Virus record (IMG/VR): IMGVR_UViG_2643221492_000001
Span: 7,564 to 71,563 of that record
Source: a virus
Length of the DNA: 64,000 nt
Reading direction: 5' to 3' (one strand)
This document shows positions 9,341 to 17,108 of the stretch, piece by piece. Both the position numbers and the translations under genes were made by a program. Positions within the stretch are counted from its first letter, which is position 1, and the number at the start of each line of letters is the position of its first letter. The notes under the pieces are model-generated. The model did not search any database. It saw only the letters and a list, made by a program, of their open reading frames with translations, and was not told the origin of the DNA.

Positions 9341-9836
9341 CCTGCGCGCGCACCTGACTGACGCGACGCCTGAGCTGAAGCGCGATCCGGACAAGCTCAC
9401 CATCTTCATCACCAACGGGCGGATCGTCGCCGCCGCGGCGGCGTCGTTGTCGTTCGTCTACCGCTACACCCTGAAGCTCGTGGTGCTGGACTACAGCAGC
9501 CACGCGGACGCGATCTTCGTGCCAATGCTGGCTTGGCTGCGCACCAATCAGGTCGAGATCTTCGAGAACCCCGACCTCCGGGAGAAGAGCATCCGCTTCG
9601 AGGCTGAGTACCTCAACAAGGAAACGATGGATCTCTCGATCGAGCTGGACCTGACCGAGCGGGTGATCGTCAAGCCGGGCCCGGACCCGACTTCGAAGGA
9701 AACCGCCAAGCGCTACGACGTGACGCACGCGGCCGAGCCGCCGCACGTCGGCATCGTGCAGGAAGCCCAGCACGTCGAGGTCTACTTCGAAGGCCAGCAG
9801 CTGGCCTCATGGGACTTCCCGGCCACCGAGTTCTGA
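9324..9836 (+). CDS. tail completion protein (gpR)
   Basis: MLKPHSLRAHL, PMLAWLRTNQ, LSIELDLTERV. Confidence 0.9.
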   Translation: MLKPHSLRAHLTDATPELKRDPDKLTIFITNGRIVAAAAASLSFVYRYTLKLVVLDYSSHADAIFVPMLAWLRTNQVEIFENPDLREKSIRFEAEYLNKETMDLSIELDLTERVIVKPGPDPTSKETAKRYDVTHAAEPPHVGIVQEAQHVEVYFEGQQLASWDFPATEF

Positions 9837-9837
9837 C

Positions 9838-10290
9838 GTGGCCGACGATCTTCATGCCCTTGAAGACTGGGTGACGCCGCTGCTGTCGCAGCTCACCTCG
9901 CCGAAGCGCCGCGCGCTGGCCCGCAAGATCGGCCTCGCTCTGCGGCGCAAGCAGGCACAGCGCATCGCGTCGCAGCGCAATCCGGACGGCACCGCCTACG
10001 AGCCGCGCAAGACCACGAACGCCCGCTTGCAGAAAGGCACCATCCGACGCACCATGTTCGAGAAGCTGCGCGCCGCGCGCCACCTGCGCGTCGAGGCCGA
10101 AGATGATGGCGTAGCGGTCGGCTTCTTCGGTCGCACCGCTCGCATTGCCCGCGTGCACCACGAAGGCCTGCGCGATCTCGTGCAGCCCGGCGGGCCCAGC
10201 TACAAGTATCCGGCGCGTGGCCTTCTCGCGATGAACGACGAAGAGCGCGAGCTGGTGAAAGACATGCTCCTGCAGCACCTCGCCCCCTGA
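9838..10290 (+). CDS. virion morphogenesis protein (gpS)
   Basis: QRIASQRNPDGTAYEPRK, ARIARVHHEG, YPARGLL. Confidence 0.9.
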   Translation: MADDLHALEDWVTPLLSQLTSPKRRALARKIGLALRRKQAQRIASQRNPDGTAYEPRKTTNARLQKGTIRRTMFEKLRAARHLRVEAEDDGVAVGFFGRTARIARVHHEGLRDLVQPGGPSYKYPARGLLAMNDEERELVKDMLLQHLAP

Positions 10291-10293
10291 TCT

Positions 10294-10323
10294 TTCGGTT
10301 GTAGATCACGCTCGCACAACCGA
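10294..10323. promoter_or_regulatory. late-promoter activator site (pV)
   Basis: TTCGGTTGT-N13-ACAACCGA, matching the site at 3987. Confidence 0.75.
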
Positions 10324-10365
10324 TAAGAAGTGCGTCGCGCGCGCACGGTCGGCACCATCGACGGC

Positions 10366-11103
10366 ATGTCTGGAAAGGCCCCGTCCCCGTTCGAACTGCA
10401 GCGCCTGATCGAGAACCTCGTGCGGGCCGGCACCATCATGGCGGTGGACCCAGCAGGCTACAGATGCCGCGTGAAGTCCGGCAAGCTTGAGACCAACTGG
10501 CTGCCATGGTTCGCCCGCCGCGCCGGCGATGTGCGGCACTGGTCTCCCCCTTTCGTGGGTGAGCAATGCATGGTGCTCTCGCCGGGCGGCGACATGGCCT
10601 CCGGCTTCGTGCTCGTGGGCCTCTTCAGCGACAGCGTGCCCCCGAACGGTGACAGCGGCGACGTGGAGCGCACCACTTATCCCGATGGGGCGGTCTTCGA
10701 ATACGACCATAGCGCGAGCGCGCTGAAGGTCACGTTACCCGGTGGCGGCACCGCCGACATCACCGTGCCGGACTCGATCACCGTGCAGTGCAAGACCGCC
10801 GACGTGACGGCCAGCGAGAGCGCCAAGGTGCACTCGCAGGAGATCACCCTCGATGCGCCGATGAACATCGTGACCGGCCAGCTGGTCGTGCAGGGTCTGC
10901 TCACCTACACCGCCGGCATGGCCGGCTCGGGCACTGGGCCCGGCGGCAAGACGGCTCAGATCGACGGCGACATGGAGTTCATCAACGGCCACGGCATCAC
11001 TACCGATGGCGGCGACATCGTCGCGGGCGACATCAGCGTGCAGGGCCACGGCCACATCGAGCAGGACGACGGCGGCCGGACTGCTGGTGGAGCGGTGCCA
11101 TGA
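10366..11103 (+). CDS. baseplate spike/assembly protein (gpV)
   Basis: NLVRAGTI, WLPW, PFVGEQCMVLSPGGD, YPDGAVFEYD, terminal HGH-like motif. Confidence 0.92.
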   Translation: MSGKAPSPFELQRLIENLVRAGTIMAVDPAGYRCRVKSGKLETNWLPWFARRAGDVRHWSPPFVGEQCMVLSPGGDMASGFVLVGLFSDSVPPNGDSGDVERTTYPDGAVFEYDHSASALKVTLPGGGTADITVPDSITVQCKTADVTASESAKVHSQEITLDAPMNIVTGQLVVQGLLTYTAGMAGSGTGPGGKTAQIDGDMEFINGHGITTDGGDIVAGDISVQGHGHIEQDDGGRTAGGAVP

Positions 11104-11465
11104 GCGGAGGCATGAACCGCCTCACCGGCAAAGCGCTCGATGGCATCGACCACCTGCGCCAGAGCATCGCCGACATCCTCGCGACCGCGTTGGGTAGTCG
11201 CGTCATGCGCCGCCCCTACGGCAGTCTCTGGCCCGAGCTGATCGACCACCCGGACAACAGCGCTACCCGCGTGCGCCTGTACGCTGCCACGGCGGGCGCG
11301 CTGATGAAGTGGGAGCCGCGTCTGCGCCTGTCGCGCGTGCAGATCTTCAGCACCGACACGCCCGGCCAGGTCCTGCTGGATCTGCAGGGCATCTACAGCC
11401 CGCTGGGCCAGCGCCGCAGCGTGCTGTCGATGCGCGTGCCCGTGCAGGTCGGAGCGGCAGCATGA
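11100..11465 (+). CDS. baseplate wedge protein (gpW/gp25-like)
   Basis: HLRQSIADILATALGSRVMRRPYGS, WEPRL. Confidence 0.92.
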   Translation: MSGGMNRLTGKALDGIDHLRQSIADILATALGSRVMRRPYGSLWPELIDHPDNSATRVRLYAATAGALMKWEPRLRLSRVQIFSTDTPGQVLLDLQGIYSPLGQRRSVLSMRVPVQVGAAA

Positions 11466-12358
11466 GCATGGACATGTCGCTGCTGCCGGCGCCAGCCGTG
11501 ATCGAGGTGCTCGATTTCGAGACGATCTTCGCGCGGCGCGTGGCGCAGTTTCAGGAGCTGTGCGCGGCCGTGGGCTTCGACTACACGTTGCTGCTCGAAT
11601 CCGATCCGGCAATGAAGCTGTTGGAGGTGCAGGCCTACCAAGAACTGGAGATGCGCCAGCGCATCAACGACGCGGCCAAGGCCTGCATGCTGGCTTACGC
11701 CACGGGCGCGGACCTCGACAACCTCGGCGCGAACTACAAGGTTTTCCGGCTGATCGTCACGCCGGCCAATCCCGACGCTGTGCCGCCCGTGGAGGCTGTC
11801 TACGAAGACGACGAACGCTTCCGCGAACGCATCCAGCTCGCGCCCGAGGGCATCACCACCGCCGGTCCGCGTGACAGCTACCGGTTCCACGCGCTCAGCG
11901 CCAGCGCGCAAGTCGCAGACGTGGGCATCGACAGCCCGATCCCTGGCACGGTGCGCGTCACGGTGCTGTCCACCGATCCGAGCGGCGTGCCCACCGAGGC
12001 GCTGCTCGGCACCGTGAGCGGCGCGCTCAACGACGAGAAGATCCGCCCGCTGTGCGACAGCGTGCCGGTGCAGGGGCCGGAGATCTTCGAAACGACGATC
12101 GAGGCGACGGTCTACCGCAAGGAAGGCCCTGCCGGCGAGGTCGCGCTGGCGAACGGCAAGGCAGCGCTAGACGCCTGGCTGATCAAGATCCGCAGGCTCG
12201 GGGAAGGCCTTGCACGCTCCGGCATCGATGGCGCCCTCCACCAGCCAGGCGTGAGCCGCGTGAGCATCACCTCACCCGCTGCTGACATGCTGTGCACGGA
12301 AACGCAATGGGTGCGCGTCACGGCCATCACCGTCCTCGAAGAGGTGATCCGTGTCTAG
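11462..12358 (+). CDS. baseplate J protein
   Basis: LESDPAMKLL, YATGADLDNLGA, TTAGPRDSY, IRPLCD. Confidence 0.93.
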   Translation: MSMDMSLLPAPAVIEVLDFETIFARRVAQFQELCAAVGFDYTLLLESDPAMKLLEVQAYQELEMRQRINDAAKACMLAYATGADLDNLGANYKVFRLIVTPANPDAVPPVEAVYEDDERFRERIQLAPEGITTAGPRDSYRFHALSASAQVADVGIDSPIPGTVRVTVLSTDPSGVPTEALLGTVSGALNDEKIRPLCDSVPVQGPEIFETTIEATVYRKEGPAGEVALANGKAALDAWLIKIRRLGEGLARSGIDGALHQPGVSRVSITSPAADMLCTETQWVRVTAITVLEEVIRV

Positions 12359-12929
12359 CCTCACGCCTTCGCAGCGGCTGCTGCCGCCCAATCGCACACC
12401 GTTGGAGCTGGCGCTCGCAGGCGCCTCACCGCTGGAGCTGGACACCAATGGCCTTCGGCACATGTGGACGGCCATGCTGTGCCTCGCGCCACTGCTGCCA
12501 TGGCTCTCGTGGACGCTCTCCGTGGAGGCCTGGCAGGACGCCAGATCCGACGACGCCAAACGTGCGCTGATCCTGAACTCCATCGAGATCCATCGGCACA
12601 AAGGCACGCCCTGGGCGATCCGCCTGCTGATCCGCTCGCTGGGCTTCGGCGAGGTGGACATCATCGAGCGCATCGGCGGCCGCACCCACGACGGCACTTT
12701 CCGCCGCAACGGCGTCTATCCGCACGCCTCGCTTGCCAGCTCCTGGGCGACCTACATGGTCGCGCTGCAGCGCCCCATCACCAACGCCCAGGCCGAGCGC
12801 CTGCGCAAGCTCCTGCCGTCCGTCGCGCCGGCGCGCTGCCATCTGGTCGCGCTGCGTTACGCATCGGTCGCCAACAGCCACAACGGCGCCACCCGACGTG
12901 ACGGCGCCTACAACCACGGAAGCGCCTGA
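12351..12929 (+). CDS. tail protein I
   Basis: LLPPNRTPLE, LLPWLSWTLSV, HRHKGT. Confidence 0.93.
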   Translation: MSSLTPSQRLLPPNRTPLELALAGASPLELDTNGLRHMWTAMLCLAPLLPWLSWTLSVEAWQDARSDDAKRALILNSIEIHRHKGTPWAIRLLIRSLGFGEVDIIERIGGRTHDGTFRRNGVYPHASLASSWATYMVALQRPITNAQAERLRKLLPSVAPARCHLVALRYASVANSHNGATRRDGAYNHGSA

Positions 12930-14059
12930 TGGCCAACCTCAACGAAACCGACCAGTGGGAAACCGGCATCTACCAGATCGAGGAAGATGACCCGGTCCTC
13001 GGCGGCCCCTCCGGCATCGACAACCGGCCCCCGCGCGAGCTTGCGAATCGCACCCGCTTCCTGCGCGTGCGCAATGTCACGCCGTGGGATCCCGCCTTCA
13101 GCTATCCCGCCAACGTGGCCTATGTCAGCTACGGCGGCACCACGTGGCGCAGCATGGGCGACAGCCTCAACGTGCCGCCCGGCAGCGACCCGACGAAATG
13201 GACGCGCTGGGGCCATACCGCGGCCGAGCTGAATGCGGCGCTCAGCGACTCGACGGCTGCGCACGAAGCCAAGGTCAATCCGCATCCTCAGTACGCGACC
13301 GACGCCGATCTCGCCGCTCACTTCGCGGACCCAGACCCGCACCCGATGTACGCGTTCCGGGGCCCCATCGTCGCTGTCCCGAACGTGAACATCGGCCCCG
13401 TCATCACGGTGCAGACGCCGCATATCCGGCAGATGGTCTGGAACGGCACCGCCTACGTGCGCGCGCCCTGGCATCAGCCCGGCATGCTGCTGTACAGCTA
13501 CGACAACCCGTCGAGCATTCCCGGCTATCTGCCAGTCCGTGCTGATCTGACCTATGAGCAGGCCAACTACCCTGATCTGGTTGCGCGGCTGGGACTCTCC
13601 GGCGCCGGGACGTTCTCACTGGTGGAGCTTCGCGGCGAATTCATCCGCTGCTTGGACAACGGCCGAGGTGTCAACGCATCGCGCGTGCTGCGGTCGGCCG
13701 AGGCAAGCGGGAACGCCGCGCACACCCACGGTGTTACGGACCTCGGCCACGGCCACTATGTGAACGATCCCGGCCACGTGCACGGCGGCTGGACCGACTC
13801 GCAAGGGGCGCACAACCACGGCATGCAAGTCCCGCAGAACGTGGCGGACTCGGACCGTGGAACGGGGCAGTACTCCGACTTCAGCATCGACTCGCCGAGG
13901 CCCATCAACTACGACGGCGCCCACACGCACAACGTCGGCATCGATTCGAGGAAAACCGGCATCTGGCTCAACAACAGCGCCACGGGAATTTCGATCAATT
14001 CGGATGGCTCCGAGGCCCGTCCTCGCAATGTGGCTTTCCCGGCGTGGATTAGCTACTAA
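12929..14059 (+). CDS. tail fibre protein (gpH-like) with collar domain
   Basis: LANRTRFL, HPQY repeats, ELRGEFIRCLDNGRGV, His-x-His repeats, EARPRNVAF. Confidence 0.88.
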   Translation: MANLNETDQWETGIYQIEEDDPVLGGPSGIDNRPPRELANRTRFLRVRNVTPWDPAFSYPANVAYVSYGGTTWRSMGDSLNVPPGSDPTKWTRWGHTAAELNAALSDSTAAHEAKVNPHPQYATDADLAAHFADPDPHPMYAFRGPIVAVPNVNIGPVITVQTPHIRQMVWNGTAYVRAPWHQPGMLLYSYDNPSSIPGYLPVRADLTYEQANYPDLVARLGLSGAGTFSLVELRGEFIRCLDNGRGVNASRVLRSAEASGNAAHTHGVTDLGHGHYVNDPGHVHGGWTDSQGAHNHGMQVPQNVADSDRGTGQYSDFSIDSPRPINYDGAHTHNVGIDSRKTGIWLNNSATGISINSDGSEARPRNVAFPAWISY

Positions 14060-14074
14060 CCCGGACACCATCCC

Positions 14075-14722
14075 ATGACCAAGACCATCTATCTAGTCGA
14101 TCCTGAGACCGGACTCTTCGTCGGCGAGTCGGTGCACCCGCTCGATCCCGTTGCGACTGAACGCACCGGCAAGCCGGTCTATGCGCTGCTCAACCCCGCC
14201 TTGGCAACCGAAACCGTGCCGCCGCACATCCCCAGCGGCATGCGGGCTCGCATGGTGCGCGGCAAATGGGCGTTGGAACCGCTGCCGCCAGCGCCGCAAC
14301 CCGAGGTGGCCGTCGTACCGCCGCCGCCCCCAGCGCCGGCGCCCAGCACCATCGATGACCGCATCGCGTCTCTGCGCGCCTACGTGCAGGAATACATGGA
14401 CGCAATGGCGCGGTCACTCGGCTACGACGACATCAGGACGGCCGTCACCTACGCCGAGGAGCCCGCCGTGCCCAAGTTCCAAAACGAGGGCCGTGCGCTG
14501 CGTGCGTGGCGCTCTCGCGTCTGGGCCGCCTGCTACGAGCTGCTCGACCGCGTGAAGGGCGGTCAAGCGGCAGAGCCTTCACAGAAGACTCTGGCCGGTC
14601 TGCTTCCAGCTCTGGAGATCCCACCGCTCGCAGCGCCCTCGCCGCCATCCGACGAGACGTCGGCGCAAGCGCTCGACGAGGCACAGAGCCCTCCGATCAC
14701 AGAACAACCCACTGCGGACTAG
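14075..14722 (+). CDS. tail fibre assembly/chaperone-like protein
   Basis: Follows the fibre; ATETVPP; C-terminal GYDDIRTAVTYA..EGRALRAWRSRVW domain. Confidence 0.65.
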   Translation: MTKTIYLVDPETGLFVGESVHPLDPVATERTGKPVYALLNPALATETVPPHIPSGMRARMVRGKWALEPLPPAPQPEVAVVPPPPPAPAPSTIDDRIASLRAYVQEYMDAMARSLGYDDIRTAVTYAEEPAVPKFQNEGRALRAWRSRVWAACYELLDRVKGGQAAEPSQKTLAGLLPALEIPPLAAPSPPSDETSAQALDEAQSPPITEQPTAD

Positions 14723-14756
14723 CCGCGCCGAATCCCGAACTTCACAGGAGCACCAA

Positions 14757-15938
14757 ATGGCAACCACCGAATACCACCATGGCGTCCGCGTCTTCGAGGT
14801 CAACGAAGGCACGCGCCCCATCCGCGTAATCAACACCTCGATCATTGGCCTGGTCGCGACCGCGCCGGACGCCGACCCGGCTGTCTTCCCGCTGAACACG
14901 CCCGTACTGGTGACCAACGTCTACAACGCCATGGGCAAGGCCGGCACAACCGGAACGCTCAAGAAGACGCTCGAGTACATCGCGGCACTGGCCCGTCCCA
15001 TCACGGTGGTGGTGCGCGTCGAGCCCGGCGCCGACGAAGCGGCCACGACCAGCAACGTCATCGGCACAGTGCTGCCGAGCGGCCAGCGCACGGGCATGAA
15101 GGCCCTCCTCTCGGCACAGGCCAGGCTCGGCATCAAGCCGCGCATCCTTGGCTGCCCTGGCCTCGACACCCAGCCCGTCGCCGCCGCGCTCTCCACAATT
15201 GCCAAGAGCCTGCGCGCGTTCGCCTACGTCAATGCCTGGGGCTGCGAAACGGTCGAGCAGGCCACGGCATATCGCCAGCAGTTCGGCGCGCGCGAGCTGA
15301 TGGTGATCCACCCGGACTTCCTCGCCTGGGACACGGTCGCCAACGCCAATGCACGGGCGCCCGCTGTCGCGTTTGCGCTGGGCCTGCGCGCGAAGATCGA
15401 CAACGAGATCGGCTGGCACAAGACCCTTTCGAATGTCGCAGTCGACGGCGTCACCGGCATCAGCCAGGACATCTACTGGGATCTGCAAGATCCGGCCACC
15501 GACGCGGGTGTGCTCAATGCCGGCGACGTCACGACGCTGATCAACCGCGACGGCTACCGCTTCTGGGGCTCGCGCACCTGCAGCGATGACCCGCTGTTCG
15601 CCTTCGAGTCGGCCACCCGTACCGCGCAGGTGCTCGCCGACACCATCGCCGAAGCCCACATGTGGGCCAACGACAAGCCGCTCCTGCCCGGCCTGGTGAA
15701 AGACATCCTCGAAGGCGTCAACAGCAAGTTCCGCTACCTGACGCGCTCGGGCTACATCGTAGGCGGCGGCGTCTGGGCCGTCGACGGCGAGGTGAACACC
15801 GCCGACGAGCTCAAGAGCGGCAACCTGATGCTCGACTACGACTTCACGCCGTGCGCGCCTCTGGAGAACCTGATGTTTCGCCAGCGCATCACGGGCCGCT
15901 ACTACGAGAACTTCGCCGATCAGGTTGCCAAGGCCTGA
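14757..15938 (+). CDS. tail sheath (gpFI)
   Basis: YHHGVRV, FPLNTPVL, HKTLSNV, GYRFWGSRTC. Confidence 0.96.
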   Translation: MATTEYHHGVRVFEVNEGTRPIRVINTSIIGLVATAPDADPAVFPLNTPVLVTNVYNAMGKAGTTGTLKKTLEYIAALARPITVVVRVEPGADEAATTSNVIGTVLPSGQRTGMKALLSAQARLGIKPRILGCPGLDTQPVAAALSTIAKSLRAFAYVNAWGCETVEQATAYRQQFGARELMVIHPDFLAWDTVANANARAPAVAFALGLRAKIDNEIGWHKTLSNVAVDGVTGISQDIYWDLQDPATDAGVLNAGDVTTLINRDGYRFWGSRTCSDDPLFAFESATRTAQVLADTIAEAHMWANDKPLLPGLVKDILEGVNSKFRYLTRSGYIVGGGVWAVDGEVNTADELKSGNLMLDYDFTPCAPLENLMFRQRITGRYYENFADQVAKA

Positions 15939-15973
15939 TCGCACCTACCCGCTGATCTACAGAGGAAAGCACC

Positions 15974-16486
15974 ATGTCCCTCCCCCGCGTACTCAAGAAC
16001 TTCATTCTCTTCAATGACGGCAATGCCTACCTCGGCGAAGTGCCCGAGGCCACCCCTCCCAAGCTCAGCCGCAAGATGGAGGATTACCGCGCCGGTGGCA
16101 TGAACGGCCCAATCGGCATTGACCTTGGCATGGAGGCGCTGGAGTTCGAATGGACTGCCGCCGGCTACATGAAGAGCATGCTCACCCAGTGGGGCGAGCC
16201 CACGCACGACGGCGTGCTGCTGCGGCTCGCCGGCGCAATTCAGGCTGACGACACCGCCGAGGTGCAGGCCTGCGAGATGGTGATGCGCGGGCGTCACAAG
16301 GAAATCGACTTCGGCAACGCCAAGGCCGGCGAGAAGACCGAGATCAAGGTGAAATCCTCGCTCAGCTACTACAAGCTCTCGATCGACGGCGAAGTGTTGA
16401 TCGAGATCGACTTCGTCAACTTCATTGAGGTGGTCGGCGGCGTCGATCGCATGGCGCAGATCCGACGCGCACTCGGCCTGTTCTGA
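15974..16486 (+). CDS. tail tube (gpFII)
   Basis: LPRVLKNF, YRAGGMNGP, YYKLSIDG, GVDRMA. Confidence 0.95.
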   Translation: MSLPRVLKNFILFNDGNAYLGEVPEATPPKLSRKMEDYRAGGMNGPIGIDLGMEALEFEWTAAGYMKSMLTQWGEPTHDGVLLRLAGAIQADDTAEVQACEMVMRGRHKEIDFGNAKAGEKTEIKVKSSLSYYKLSIDGEVLIEIDFVNFIEVVGGVDRMAQIRRALGLF

Positions 16487-16558
16487 CCTGACGCGAACCC
16501 TTTGGCGCCGGCAGCTGTCGGCACTTCCCCTTTCCTCTCAACGCTCTCGAGCAGCACC

Positions 16559-16915
16559 ATGAACCTCAACGACACCAGCGTTACCGACGTCACCCCGAAG
16601 CCCAGCGGCAACACCACGGAAGCCGCCGCCGGCGAAGTCATCCTCGACACGCCCGTGCAGCGCGGCGGCCAGTCCATAACCAAGGTGCTCATCCGCAAGC
16701 CACGCTCCGGCGAGCTGCGCGGCACCTCGCTGGCCGCTCTAATGCAGATGGACGTGGTCGCCCTGACCACCGTGCTGCCCCGTCTCACCATGCCCAGTCT
16801 CACGAAGCCCGAGGTCGAAGCACTGGAGCCGTCCGACCTGCTGCAGTGCGGCACCGAGGTGGTGAATTTTTTGCTGCCGAAGGCGGACCGGATTCCCGTG
16901 TCCCAGAGCACGTAG
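16559..16915 (+). CDS. tail assembly chaperone (gpE)
   Basis: LDTPVQRG, RKPRSGELRG; TTTTTTG slippery site near the 3' end. Confidence 0.9.
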   Translation: MNLNDTSVTDVTPKPSGNTTEAAAGEVILDTPVQRGGQSITKVLIRKPRSGELRGTSLAALMQMDVVALTTVLPRLTMPSLTKPEVEALEPSDLLQCGTEVVNFLLPKADRIPVSQST

Positions 16916-17040
16916 AAGACGCCATGGCGGACCTCGCCTTCGTCTTCCACTGGGGCCCCGCCCATATGGATGACATGGCGGTGTCCGACCTGATGCAGTG
17001 GCGCGAGCGCGCCCGTGAACGCCACGAACCGCCCAAGTAG
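16867..17040 (+). CDS. gpE' extension reached by -1 frameshift at TTTTTTG (16867-16873)
   Basis: The -1 frame reads FAAEGG...MADLAFVFHWGP..M..L..WRERA, the P2 E' signature. Confidence 0.85.
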   Translation, partial: FFAAEGGPDSRVPEHVEDAMADLAFVFHWGPAHMDDMAVSDLMQWRERARERHEPPK

Positions 17041-17108
17041 ACCCATGCGCCCCCTTCCCCCCTTCCAGCTCCATTCGCGCCTCGTGGCGGCCTCGCAAGG
17101 GAGTGCAC

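Noticed and set aside
12929-14722. Invertible tail-fibre segment or DGR in either prophage
   Set aside because: No invertase, reverse transcriptase, flanking inverted repeats or template/variable repeat pair was seen
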